Source: Octopus sinensis
Lineage: Eukaryota
Assembly: GCF_006345805.1 (NCBI RefSeq)
Contig: NC_043004.1
Location: forward strand, 11,408,001-11,472,000
DNA length: 64,000 nucleotides
Reading direction: 5' to 3'
The position numbers were made by a program, and so were the translations under genes. Of the stretch, positions 1-11,524 are shown piece by piece; positions within the stretch are counted from its first letter, which is position 1; each line of letters starts with the position of its first letter. Below the pieces are notes generated by a model. That model was not told the origin of the DNA, searched no databases, and was given only the letters and a program-made list of their open reading frames with translations.

Positions 1-32
1 ATATATATATATATATATATGTATATATATGT

Positions 33-308
33 GAAGGCGCAATGGTGGTTAGGGCAGCGGACTCGCGGTCGCAGGATCGCGGTTTCGATTCCCAGACCGG
101 GCGTTGTGAGTGTTTATTGAGCGAAAACACCTAAAAGCTCCACGATGCTCCGGCAGGGGTGATGATCCCTGCTGTACTCTTTCACCACTATTTCATCCAC
201 TCTTTCTTCTGTTGGCCTGCTCGCTTGGCATTCGAAGGCTAAAACAATGCGAATGCATTGTGACCAGCGATGTGTAACAACATATGATGGTCTGGTCAGT
301 CACGTGAT

Positions 309-316
<8 letters not shown>
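33..316 (+). mobile_element. tRNA-derived SINE (family D), full-length-looking, in a (TA)n tract
   Basis: tRNA-like head GAAGGCGCAATGGTGGTTAGGGCAGCGG...GGTTTCGATTCCC (A/B boxes). It ends in CACGTGATCACGTG followed by (TA)n. Confidence 0.65.
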
Positions 317-349
<33 letters not shown>

Positions 350-1284
350 TGTGTGTGGATAGGTGAAGGATTAAAATTAATCAAAGGACGTACCTGTTGG
401 AAATAACAGTCAAACCTCTTATTTAAATTGCCTTCCTGCGGTTGATTTCTGTAGTTATTATCAGTGTATTTTGGCGATTTAAATAAATTTTGTTTGTTAT
501 TTCAAGCAGGTAGACATACTTTGTATGTCCTTTGATTAATTTTAATTTTAATCCTTCAGGAATCTAATGGTTTTTGGGAGGCCTGCAATCGCTTATATTA
601 TCTGAATCTGTTATTATCATTTTTAAATTGTTACACTAGATAATAATAGAGTCAATGATATCTTCCCAAATATTTCTTTCCTGAATTATTTGCTCCGTAT
701 TGAAATTATATATGCATGTGTGTGAACACTTACACGTGCACACACTTACATACACTCATACATAAGCCAATATAATAGATGTATTTAAGAAATATACTTG
801 TCTTCATTTCGAAAGTGGTTTAAATCTATGTTTTATGAGTGAATGACACATCGTGTTTAGCTGAGGTATTCATGATGCAGTTAGGTCATGTCAGAATACG
901 GTAAACAACTGAGACACAGCACGAATGATATGGTATTATGAATATATGAAGTCAGTAACGGTAGAAACCATAATTGAATATATGTATATATATATCGCCA
1001 TTCATAAAGAGTCATTTGAATTCTATTGAAAATTTAATGATCTAACATACAGAACGGAGTTTCAAGTTCGGCTTGCTGCATGCTTAAAGAGACAGTTACT
1101 TGATGTATTTCTCTTCTATCATTTAGTCAATTGTCTTTAGATATCATATTTCCGGTCAGTAGCATAATGAACACGAACGACACACACGCATGCGCACTGA
1201 CTTACACGTATGTATTTATTCATACAAGTATACACACACACACACAGAGAACACCTACACACAAGTATAGAAACCTGCACACAC

Positions 1285-1338
<54 letters not shown>

Positions 1339-1419
1339 CAATATATGTTAAATATATACAAATACACACACACACATAACATAAAGTAGTGAGAGTATGC
1401 GGAGTTTCATAAATAAACA

Positions 1420-1459
<40 letters not shown>

Positions 1460-2151
1460 TACGTATGTAGTATCATAATTATACACAAATACATAAAAAC
1501 CATATTCATATGATGCTATTGTTGTTATTACTGCCATGTTAATTTTTGTTGTTGTTTTCTTGTGTTATTTTAGCTTTTGTTTTTTTTGTTTTTTTTATCG
1601 TGGTACTGTATTTGTTGTTGCTGTTGTTATCGCAACATTAATAGCACTCTCATAATTCACTCATGATTTCCCTCATAAAATCATAAACACAATTACAAAA
1701 GAGTTATGAAAACGTGTTTAAAGATACATTAATATATATTTAAGAGGCGTTGTGTGTATACCTACGGCATCGCATGTTTGCATTAACTATAACCGAATCA
1801 GCCTATGTGAAATGTTATCTGAGTGTGCATGTTATCACACACACATCCATGCATATATACATACATACCTACATACATATACACATACATACAGAAATAT
1901 ATACACGCATACACATACATATACACATACATTCATATACACATAATACATACATACGTACATATATACATACATACATATATACATACATACACACACA
2001 TATACATATACATACATACATGCAAACACACAGACATACATATATACATATATATATATATACATGCATACACACATGCACACATACATAATACATACGT
2101 ACATACATACGAACATACATACACTTGTGTTTGTTATTTCAGACATATATA

Positions 2152-2405
2152 AGATGGCGGCTAGCAGGATCGTTACCAAGGTGTAGGAGTGGGTGTGTGG
2201 TAAGTGGCTTTCTTACGAACCACATATTTCTGGGTTCAGTCCCACTGCATGGCACCTTGGACAAGTTTCTTCTACTATAGCCGTCTTTTCGTTCTGAGCT
2301 CAACTTCCACTATGCCTTTCATCTTCTTGGGAATCGATGAAATAAGGAATCAACTAACGTCCACTCCTCATATTTCAGGCCTTGTGCCTGTAACAGAAGG
2401 AAGTA
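2152..2405 (+). mobile_element. Degraded family A SINE with a family B 5' fragment (2181-2282) embedded
   Basis: A-like head (GGCGGCTAGCAGGATCGTTA), then B head/core (GTAGGAGTGGGTGTGTGGTAAG...CACCTTGGACAAGTTTCTTCTACTATAGCC), then A body and tail (GTTCTGAGCTCAA...TTTCAGGCCTTGTGCC). Confidence 0.55.
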
Positions 2406-2429
2406 TCAAAATGATTCATGACATTTCTT

Positions 2430-2610
2430 CCGATCTCACGTTTAGCGTTCAAATACTGCCGAGATCGACGTTGCTTTTCATCATTTCGGGGTCGATAAAG
2501 TGGGTGTCAGACAAGAACTGGGGTCGATAAAGTGGGTGCCAGGCAAGAACTGGAGTCGATGAAGTCGACTTTTTCCATCCTTCAAGTTTTCAGGCTTTGG
2601 CTCTATAATA
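2430..2610 (+). mobile_element. Degraded family A SINE body with an internal 32-bp tandem duplication
   Basis: GCTTTTCATCATTTCGGGGTCGATAAA core, with GGGTCGATAAAGTGGGTG(T/C)CAG(A/G)CAAGAACTG present twice. Confidence 0.55.
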
Positions 2611-3576
2611 GCACGGAATATTTTATACGTGTGTCAAATTACATTATATATTATATTATGCATGCCGTAATATGTGCGTTTGAGCACAAAATGAAGCCTC
2701 TTTGAAACGGTTTGATCGAGTTACAAGAGCAACAAAATCTCCCTTAAATCGCACACTAGTGTCTATAAAAAGAAATAGATCTGGCACATAAGACAATGTA
2801 GTCTTAGATGCATTTTACCGAAAGAGATGGCGAGTTATGTAATTCTATTTTACCTTTAACCGCAGCCCTTTTACACCAAGGCTTCATTATGTCCATAGAA
2901 CAATATCATATACAACATTATATCGTTATTTTCCTCAGTTTTGTGTAGGTCAAAATTCTGTGTTTCCTTGTGAGAATGTCACTACCCACTGTCGACGATT
3001 GTAGGGGTTTTAGTTGTTTCATTGAAGCCTCAAGTCGGCAACACAATCCGACCATTAAGCACATTCAATTTAAGAACATTGGGTTATGTAATGTGTATTC
3101 AATATTTCCCATTTTTTTGAGAAATTTGGGCATGGCTTGAGTGAGAAAAATATTACTTCGTAGTATGGTTACATACACACACACATAAATACGAAAACTG
3201 CGTTGTTGTTGTTGTTATTGTTAATGTATTTTAACCAAGAATTGTAGAAGATAGGTCAAAATAAAGGAGAGATAAGAAAAAAAGGATTTTCTCGAAATTC
3301 ATAATTTTACATATATAAATATTTTTTTCTTAAATGTTGTAAAATTGGAAGATAATTCAGTGTTCAAATTTAAACAATTTACTCATCACCGCCTATATGC
3401 AAATAGCCTGATGGATTGAAAGAAGAATTATATTTTAAGAGAGATTATATTTCAAGAAAAATTCATAGTGTGTTTTCCACCGTTATTCATTGGGATTAAT
3501 TCCCTCAAACAACTATACGCAGCTTAGACCATCACAGCACATAAATATACATAAATATACATAAATATACATATAC

Positions 3577-3612
<36 letters not shown>

Positions 3613-3613
3613 A

Positions 3614-3658
<45 letters not shown>

Positions 3659-3715
3659 TATATATATACACGTATATATGTATATATATATATATATGTG
3701 TATATATATACCTAT

Positions 3716-3797
<82 letters not shown>

Positions 3798-4682
3798 TAT
3801 ATATACATATAACATAAAAACATATTACCTACGTACAGATTACGAAAGTTGCCTTGAAATGTAATACTTCTTAAAATGTAATTCTTAAAATGTATATATA
3901 CACGATTATAGTTGGTGAAGAATAATTCTGGAAATAGAACACTTATTCCTCTCCTTATCTTATACAAAAAAAAATGTGTCTATACGAAGAATTAATATAT
4001 TGATATAATGCTTAGGTTTTTCCGCTATTTTCTCAATGTTTTATTCGGCCATGATATGTGCTTAAAATATACAAATTTGTTATAAATATGATTTCGAGTT
4101 GTAATTCAAAATTTACAGGTAATTTTATTATTAGCGGAATCGTACCCTACTTCAAACTCATACGTTGTAGTGTTCAGAAAATAAATTTTATGATGAGCAA
4201 CGCACCAGGGGTGGTGAAAACGCAACAGAAAAATTCCTATAGGTAACAACGTCTGCTATTTCCACATAGATGTTTATTTATTCCCAGCCAGTAGAGTATG
4301 AGTAGAATTATGTAGGTGAAAAATGTCCAGAACTTTGTCATGTATACACTTACCCTCACGCACACATACATGTATATATAATTTATAAGTATCCATTTTT
4401 TAAAATTCAAGCGCACATAGGTCTAAAATCTAGTGCTATTGGCTATTTTATCTCCTTCTATATCCCAGAGACATAGAATGTTCGCTGAAAAAGAGAAACA
4501 TGAAATAAGTGTCAGACTAAAAGATTCCCATGCGTCTGTATGATCAGTTAAGGACTTGGAAATATTGGCCAAACTATCCACAGCCCAATGACTGAAACCA
4601 GTTAAAGAATACAAAATAATACACTATAATAAAATATAGTATAATATGATATATTTTATTATATCATACTTTATTAAACAGA

Positions 4683-4845
4683 GACGTAGGAGTGGCTGTG
4701 TGATAAATAGCTTGCTTACCAACCACATGGTTCCGGGTCAGTCCCACTACATGGCACTTTGGGCAAGTATCTTCTACTATAGCCTCGGGCCGACCAAAAC
4801 CTTGTGAGTGGATTTGGTAGACGGAAACTGAAAGAAGCCCGTCGC

Positions 4846-4886
<41 letters not shown>

Positions 4887-5113
4887 AGTGTTTGTGTGTG
4901 TGTATGCTTGTATGTCTGTGTTTCCCCCCCCCCCAGCATCGCTTGACAACCGATGCTGGTGTGTTTATGTCCCCGTAACTTAGCGGTTCGGCAAAAGAGA
5001 CCGATAGAATAAGTACTAGCCTTACAAAGAATAATTTACTCGACTAAAGGCGGTGCTCCAACATGGCCACAGTCAAATGACTGAAACAAGTAAAAGAGTG
5101 ATGAGTAAAGAGT
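4683..5113 (+). mobile_element. Family B SINE (tRNA head, CORE-like centre, internal TA/TG microsatellite)
   Basis: Matches the copies at 27041, 29204, 38706 and 49964. It has a GTAGGAGTGGCTGTGTG head, a GGCACTTTGGGCAAGT CORE-like segment and a (GTAAAAGA)-type 3' tail. Confidence 0.85.
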
Positions 5114-5170
5114 AAACTACACTATACTATACTGTACTATACTATATTATTCTATATTATATTATATCAT

Positions 5171-5562
5171 AAGGCGGCGAGCTAGCAGAACTGTTAGCAC
5201 GCCAGGCAAAATGCTTAGCGGCATTTTATCAGTCTTTATTCCACCGAGGTCGACTTTGCCTTTCATTCTTAAGGAGTCGATAGCACAAGTACCAGTTGAG
5301 CACTGAGGTCGATGTAATTAACTTACCCTCTTCTCCCACCCAGAAGTGATGAACTTGTCCTAAAATTTGAAATACTGCATGCTGGGCGAAATGCTTGGCA
5401 GCATTTCGTCTGTCAGCACGTACTGAGTTCAAATTCACCTGAGGCTGACTTTGCTTTCGTCCTTTGCTGATCGATAAAATAAGTATCAGTTGAGCACTGG
5501 GGTTGATGTAATCGACTTACCCACTTTCCCAAAGCAGCTGGTCATGTGCCAAAATCTGAGAC
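5171..5562 (+). mobile_element. Family A SINE dimer (headed copy followed by a headless copy)
   Basis: GGCGGCGAGCTAGCAGAA head, two GTCGACTTTGCCTTTCAT-like cores, and two ...GTGCCAAAAT-type tails. Confidence 0.7.
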
Positions 5563-5989
5563 CTATATGAAATTATATATTAGATTATATTATATATACA
5601 TATATGTGTATACGTATGTGTGTATAAGTATCTGTATCATGTATATAGATTGATAGATAGGTACATACATGCATATGTAAATATATATGTATGTGTGTGT
5701 CTGTGTGTGTTTGTATGTATTTACTAGGTAAGGAAGATGATTTTCGTTGACGCCCTACGGTGTGAAAGCAAAACCTGTGAAAAGGCGAATAAGCTTAGGA
5801 GTGTCAACGACCATACAGCTGAGAGTGAAGGAGCTCTAGTCTTTGTGTAAATATCTCTATAGGAGAGAGAAAACTCTGATGTAACAGCGGCAGGACGGTG
5901 ATAACTTAAAAATTCTTTCCCCGTCTTATCGATATATGAAGACATTACTTGTCTTTTCAAGTCATTTTTTTGTCTGAGAAAAAATAATA

Positions 5990-6150
5990 AAGCGGCGAGT
6001 TGCCAGAAACGACTTAGCCTTTCATCCTTTCGGGGTCGATAAATTAAGTACCAGTTACGCAGTGGGGTCGATGTAATCAACTTAATCACTTTGTCTGTCT
6101 TGTTTGTCCCCTCTATGTCTAGCCCCTTGTAGGCAGTATAAAAAATAAAA
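5990..6150 (+). mobile_element. Internally deleted family A SINE (A1 tail)
   Basis: The head joins directly to GCCTTTCATCCTTTCGGGGTCGATAAATTAAGTACCAG. The tail is TTTGTCCCCTCTATGTCTAGCCCCTTGT. Confidence 0.75.
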
Positions 6151-6739
6151 TAAAATAAGTAACAGCAGCGACCTCATTTGCATCCAACAACGTGGATTAG
6201 CTCTTCGTTTTAGGGCACAAACATACATTGTACAGAGAGTGAAAATAGTAATGAGCAAGGATATTTTTCACTTTAAAAATCCTCTGACACAGGTATCGCT
6301 GGATATTTAACATCTTTATTATTTGGTGTGTAATATGGCTGGTTGTAGCTGATAAAGGCGAAACACGCAAAGAAACATTTCGTAATGGAATGAAACCATG
6401 TGTAGGCGTAACGGGTAACCTCTCTGTATACGAATAGCAAAGGATGAACATCGTTGCCTCACCCGTGAAAAACAGTGCAAGACTTAGTATTGCCCGGATT
6501 TTATTCAAGAAGACCAAATTATATTACAAGAAAACAGACTGTAAATCAAATAAATGTGTGGGATGGGGAATTATAATGAAAAGGTACTGAATTCGGAAAT
6601 TAGAATGGAAAGGAAATGGTTTGAGAAATTACGATGAAAAGGTACTGAGTTTGTGAAATTAGAAGGAAAAATTACGGAGTAAAATTAAGAACAATATTAG
6701 GAGAGGAAGACTGCTCTTAATAGAAAGATAACAGACTTA

Positions 6740-7015
6740 ATAGAGAAATTGAAATCCTGTCATGGCGGTGAAAGGAAAAGAACGATTCAATCAAACGTTA
6801 TTTAAGCAAAAGAATGAAAGTAGTAAATGTTAGATGTGTGGCAAAGTAGACGACGCTATCCATAATGCAGTGTTGATTGACTGAAAGATAAATAATAAAT
6901 TTGGATTTCAAGTAAATGAAAATTAGGAAGGCCACCAGTCTGATGTTGCTATTAAATATTACTAAGGAAAGACCCGGTGAGATTTCTCTGCTGAGATGAG
7001 AAATCTCTATGGTCA
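6740..7015 (+). mobile_element. Highly degraded non-LTR retrotransposon C-terminal fragment (R4/Dong-like, CCHC knuckle upstream of the REL endonuclease)
   Basis: Frameshifted translation REIEIL.MA..TIQSNVI*AK..NESSKC*MCGKVDDAIHN..KFGFQVNEN*..KTR*DF resembles my recollection of the RETESLIMAAQEQAIRTN.IKAK...SKCRLCGKVDET..H...K.GF.VNEKW...KILWDF pattern. Confidence 0.45.
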
Positions 7016-7059
7016 TGAGAGATAAAAGCATTAAACGAATGGTAGAATGTATATAAGAA

Positions 7060-7210
7060 TGGCAGAATCGTTAGCACGCATGGCGAAATGCCTGGGGCAC
7101 TTCGTTCGTTTCCGGGTTTGATAAAATAAGTACCAGTTGAGCACTGGGGTCAATTTAATTGAGTTAGTCCCTCCCACGAAATTGCTGACCTTTTGCCAAA
7201 GCTTAAAACC
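7060..7210 (+). mobile_element. Deleted family A SINE (A2 tail)
   Basis: GGCAGAATCGTTAGCACG head, GATAAAATAAGTACCAGTTGAGCACTGGGGTC core and a GACCTTTTGCCAAA tail. Confidence 0.65.
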
Positions 7211-7692
7211 AAAATAATCAAACGTATAGCCATATTTGTAGCCTGATCCACGGTGACAATGCAGGGACACTTCCTGCTGCTCCCTGGCTTGGACCATACA
7301 TAATACAATATATAAAAAGAAAAAGAAATTTAAATATAAATAAATAAAATAAAAGAGATTGAAAAGTGTTTGGATTTTCTAAAAGAACTGAGAATATGGG
7401 TCATGAAAGTTAGAAACCATTGTTATATGTATACATAAGGACACACTTGCGCGTCGTAGCCGACTGGAAAATATGTTTTCCTGGGGCTAAAAAAAGGTAG
7501 TAACATCGTCCTAACCAGGATTGCCAATTTAAGTTGGCAAATATATTTTACTCTGCATTACTTTTACTACTTATTTCTAGCTGAGAGATTTAAAACTGAA
7601 TGTTTTCCGTTTTACGAGATCAGCGTGTGTGTGTCACTTTAATTGTATACCTCGAACAATGCCTTGTGCGGCCATCTTGACGCAACGGTTAT

Positions 7693-7737
7693 CCTGTGTT
7701 GATGAAGTAAAATAACCCAGAAACCATGGTCCGTAGG
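7693..7737 (+). ncRNA. Minimal type I hammerhead-ribozyme-like motif (PLE type)
   Basis: CCTGTG-TTGATGA-AGTAAAATAACCCA-GAAA-C-CATG-GTC-CGTAGG. Stem I is 6 bp with 2 G-U pairs, stem III is the palindrome ACCATGGT and the cleavage triplet is GUC. The core has C3U and stem II is poorly paired. Confidence 0.45.
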
Positions 7738-8106
7738 TACTGTTTAAGGCTAAGAGGGAACATTTGCTCCCTTGTTCGAAGCATAAGGACGCAGTCGTGC
7801 GTCGGTAACCAGCTGGAAATGATGTTTTATATATATATATATGAATAAAAAATGGAGTTAACGCAGGTGTAATCAAATATTTTTACTTTCGACACATGTT
7901 TCAAAAATTCCACTGATACTATTCAAAAGGATAGTATCCATTTTTTATTCATATTATTCAAAATATTCAACGTAAACACGAAGTTTCTACCTTTATAAAC
8001 AAGGAGTTACATCACCTTTACTTGTGAGATTTTTACTGCCCTGGTAACTATTTATTTATTTTTCCGTGTTAATTTTTAACAAGGTAAAAATACACTCATT
8101 TATTTA

Positions 8107-8157
<51 letters not shown>

Positions 8158-9504
8158 ATGTAAACACCTTCTCTATAGAATATGCACCACGACCTTATAA
8201 CAGACAAAACTAAATCACACTTCATTACACCCTATGACCTATACTATTTTTATAGAATTTCAGGTCATAAATATTAAAAGTATTTAGTCTAATTTAATAT
8301 GTGTTTATATGAAAAAGTTTTGGTACAGTACAAATACTAAAAGCTGTATGTCTGATATATATGGAAGGATATATATTTGATCTGAAACCGAATTTCAATT
8401 CTAATAAAACGAATTTTTAGTTTAAAAACAGTACTTTTATTGAGATGCACCTGCTGTCAAACGAGAAATTGCAGTGCTTAAAGAAAATGTCTTCGTTATT
8501 TCTTTTGCTGTTGTGTTTTCGTGTCAGGTTATATGCTATAAATAAATAAACAGTTATACACTTTCACACGACAAGCTATGCCAAACGTGATAAAATGAAG
8601 CCAAAAACAAAAGTATCCTGAAATCGCCATTGATTATGTGTCGACAAGTTCTGTTCTACATTCTTCTAAAACTTTAATTAGAACATTATTGTACAAGATA
8701 ACTGAACAAGAATAAATATTTTTAACACCCATAGGCATACTTTATGTAAGTAAAAGTGAAAAACAATACCAACACTTGTTTAAATAAATGAATTAAATAT
8801 ACACAGTCTAAACTAAGACAATGATTTGATGGCTCGGTAGGGAAGGATATTACTGAAAGAATATTAGCATATCATTCAAGCTGCTTCATAATTCATATGA
8901 CTTGATAATTATGTTACTGGGCTTAAAAAATAATACCTAAATCCATACCACTCGTCGATAATACTGTTAGTAATATGATATAACACTTTATTGCATATAT
9001 TAGGCATAATAACAAATATTAGGTTTATTAATATGGATATCATCACGGATTTAGAAGAGCTGATTCGCTGGTTTGAATGATAGAACGAAAGTTAAGATGG
9101 CTGTTTTTCGTGGAGAAATCTGAGTGAAAAGCCCATGGACAGTACCGGTTTATACGAACTTTCCAATATGTTTTTAAAACATTCGGTGCTGAATGTTGAT
9201 GCTGATATTGAAGAGAGAATTCATGTTGGTTAACATGCTATCGTTGTTTTCTTAGGAGCGTGACCTAGTAGTAAGGATGTTGCACGCAAGTATCGTAGTT
9301 TCGTTTCCTGTGACGGGTGGTACATTGTGTTCAATGTACTTTGTTCCGCGTTACTATCGTACTTTAAGCTGTAAACGAATTACCCTGAGACCAACTGGTA
9401 TTCCATTTAGGAAGAATGGTGTGAACTCGGCCATGGATACCGAGTAGCTGAATCTATGAGTCCTAAAACTGGTTACAGCAAGGTTCATAAATTGGCGATG
9501 ATGA

Positions 9505-9720
9505 TGAGGAGGGGGAAGAGGGAGAGGAAGGTGAGAAGGAGAAAAAAGAGGAGGGGCAGAGGATGAGAAATGATAGGCGGTAAAATAGGCAAAGGGAAAA
9601 TAGAACTGGGGAGGAGGATAAGGGGAAGAAGAGAAGGGGAGAGGAAGAAAAGCAGGGAGGAGAAATCGGAAGAGGGAGGAGGGGGAGGAATAGGAGAAGG
9701 ATGGATTTGGAGGTGGATGT
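9505..9720 (+). repeat. Polypurine (G/A-rich) low-complexity tract
   Basis: About 200 nt almost entirely G/A, with several G runs. Confidence 0.8.
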
Positions 9721-9764
9721 ACTGATGATAAATGTTGCATATGCTGTTAACTTAGGGAGACCAT

Positions 9765-10097
9765 AATGGTACTTAATTTATCGACCCGAAAGGAAAATCA
9801 ATGGTGACCTCGGCTGAATTTAGCGGCAGACGAAATACCGCTACACATTTCACCCAGAGTGCTATCGGTTTTGCCATGTCACCGCATTAAAAATAATTAT
9901 TATAATCCTTTTAATGGAAGCACAAGGCCTCAAATTTGAGGGAAGGGAAGTGCGTAACTGGTACTTTATTTATCGACACCGAAAGCATGAAACGCAAGGT
10001 CGACCTCGGCGAAATTCGAACTCAAAACGCAACGGCAGACGAAATATTGCTGAGCATTTCACCCTACGTGCTAACGATTTTGCCACTTCGACGCCTT
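9765..10097 (-). mobile_element. Two adjacent family A SINE copies
   Basis: Reverse-complement cores GGTACTT(A/T)ATTTATCGAC(A/C)CCGAAAG occur at about 9768 and 9960. An A2 tail (CACAAGGCCTCAAATTT) is at about 9920. Confidence 0.7.
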
Positions 10098-10235
10098 AAC
10101 AACAACAACAACAACACATAAGGTTGTGATGCATGTGCCTGGTGTTTCCTTATCAGACAGATAGTCATGATAGGTATACTGGGCTTCGTATATTTTACTC
10201 CAGTGTCACTTTGATGGCATGCACTGCTCTCTCAC

Positions 10236-10311
10236 TCACAATAATAATAATGATAATAATAATAAGAATAATAATAATAACAATAATATTAACAACAACA
10301 ACAACAACAAC

Positions 10312-10371
<60 letters not shown>
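10236..10371. repeat. (AAT)n/(AAC)n microsatellite
   Basis: Direct trinucleotide repeat. Confidence 0.95.
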
Positions 10372-10559
10372 TTTGTATTTTAATTTAGCTTTATTTGTAT
10401 AAAAAAAAATGAACGAACTAGTGAGTTTAGTTTAATGGCCTACCAATGAGTTTCTTTGCCCTAGGAGTCGGGAAGACACTCGGCAAGAAATGGAAGCAAA
10501 TTTGAAAGAAGAAGAAAAACCCATAAATAATAATAATTAACTTGATCTTATGACAGCCC

Positions 10560-10915
10560 ATCAAAAGTGTTGATCCAAGAAGTCCGTACTCCTTCCAGTG
10601 TATTGTTTCACAAAACCAATAAGCGACAAGCAGATGTCGTACTTATGGCCCTGAAAGTAAGTATGAACAACACGGACAGGGCGTTGATGACAATGTCACG
10701 TCTTCTCTTCAAGCAGTCTCCTGCATTCCGCTTCGCACCACACAACTCTAGCATCATACATACAGACATCCATGCCTTCCGATTGACGGTCCTGTGCTTC
10801 AATCCATAAAATAAGAGACAGCTTGAGAAGAATCGTAGAAACGAAATTTTGAACGTTCACGAGGCCTATTTCCGGTTTTGATCTTGCTGGAGAAGACCAC
10901 GTTGGGTAGCCGGCG
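10560..10915 (-). mobile_element. Degraded RTE-clade LINE 3' end
   Basis: Minus-strand RLPNVVFSSKIKTGNRPRERSKFRFYDS...AQDR...EAECRRLLEEK...CLSLIGFVK resembles the RTE C-terminus RLPK.VFYSEL..GKRPRGRPKLRFKD...AQDRS.W...EEKR...CRSRIGL.SH. It contains stops and frameshifts. Confidence 0.6.
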
Positions 10916-10934
10916 ACAGCTTCCGCACGTTTTC

Positions 10935-11063
10935 GTCAATTAAACTCACTCACAAGGCATGCGCAAACCAAGATCTATGGTAGATGACATTTGTCAAACG
11001 TGCCGTGTAGTTAATCTGAAAGTGGAGCCACGTGGTTGCAAACAAGTTTCTTAACCACACAAT
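10935..11063 (-). mobile_element. Degraded family B SINE 5' part
   Basis: ACTCACAAGG...GGAGCCACGTGGTTGCAAACAAGTTTCTTAACCACACA resembles the reverse complement of the B head. Confidence 0.55.
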
Positions 11064-11465
11064 CAATGTAGAATCTATGATGCTGACGATGAAGATTAAG
11101 ATATTTCATTTGCGATAAACACAAAACGTTGGCAAATTTGTGTCCTCCTTGCAGCAGGAAAGAAGTAATTAATTATTATATGAGAGGGAAATTGGAGCGA
11201 GAACTCGTATCTGCAGTCTTATTTTTACTTAAATCTGATGGCATGTGCTTTAAAGAAACGTTATAATTAAGGTGAAATTGCAAGCTTTAAACATGTAAAT
11301 ACTCCGAAATATTCAATAAAAATCGTGTCAAAATTTAAAAACAAACAATTCATTTTCACAATGCTGCATTTAGTTATTTATTTAATTACTTCGTTAATTA
11401 ATGTATTTATTTTTAACTTTTACACACAGAGCATAAACTGTTTACTTCTGCATCGAATTTCTTTC

Positions 11466-11524
11466 AATTTCTGTCAGGATTAGAAATACTAAATTTCTGT
11501 CAGGATTAGAAATACTAAATTTCT
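11466..11524. repeat. 26-bp tandem duplication
   Basis: AATTTCTGTCAGGATTAGAAATACTA twice, plus a partial third copy. Confidence 0.9.

Noticed and set aside
33-110. tRNA-like sequence (also at 42438 and 42683)
   Set aside because: A/B boxes are present, but there is no complete cloverleaf or acceptor stem and the sequence continues into a SINE body. These are SINE heads, not tRNA genes.
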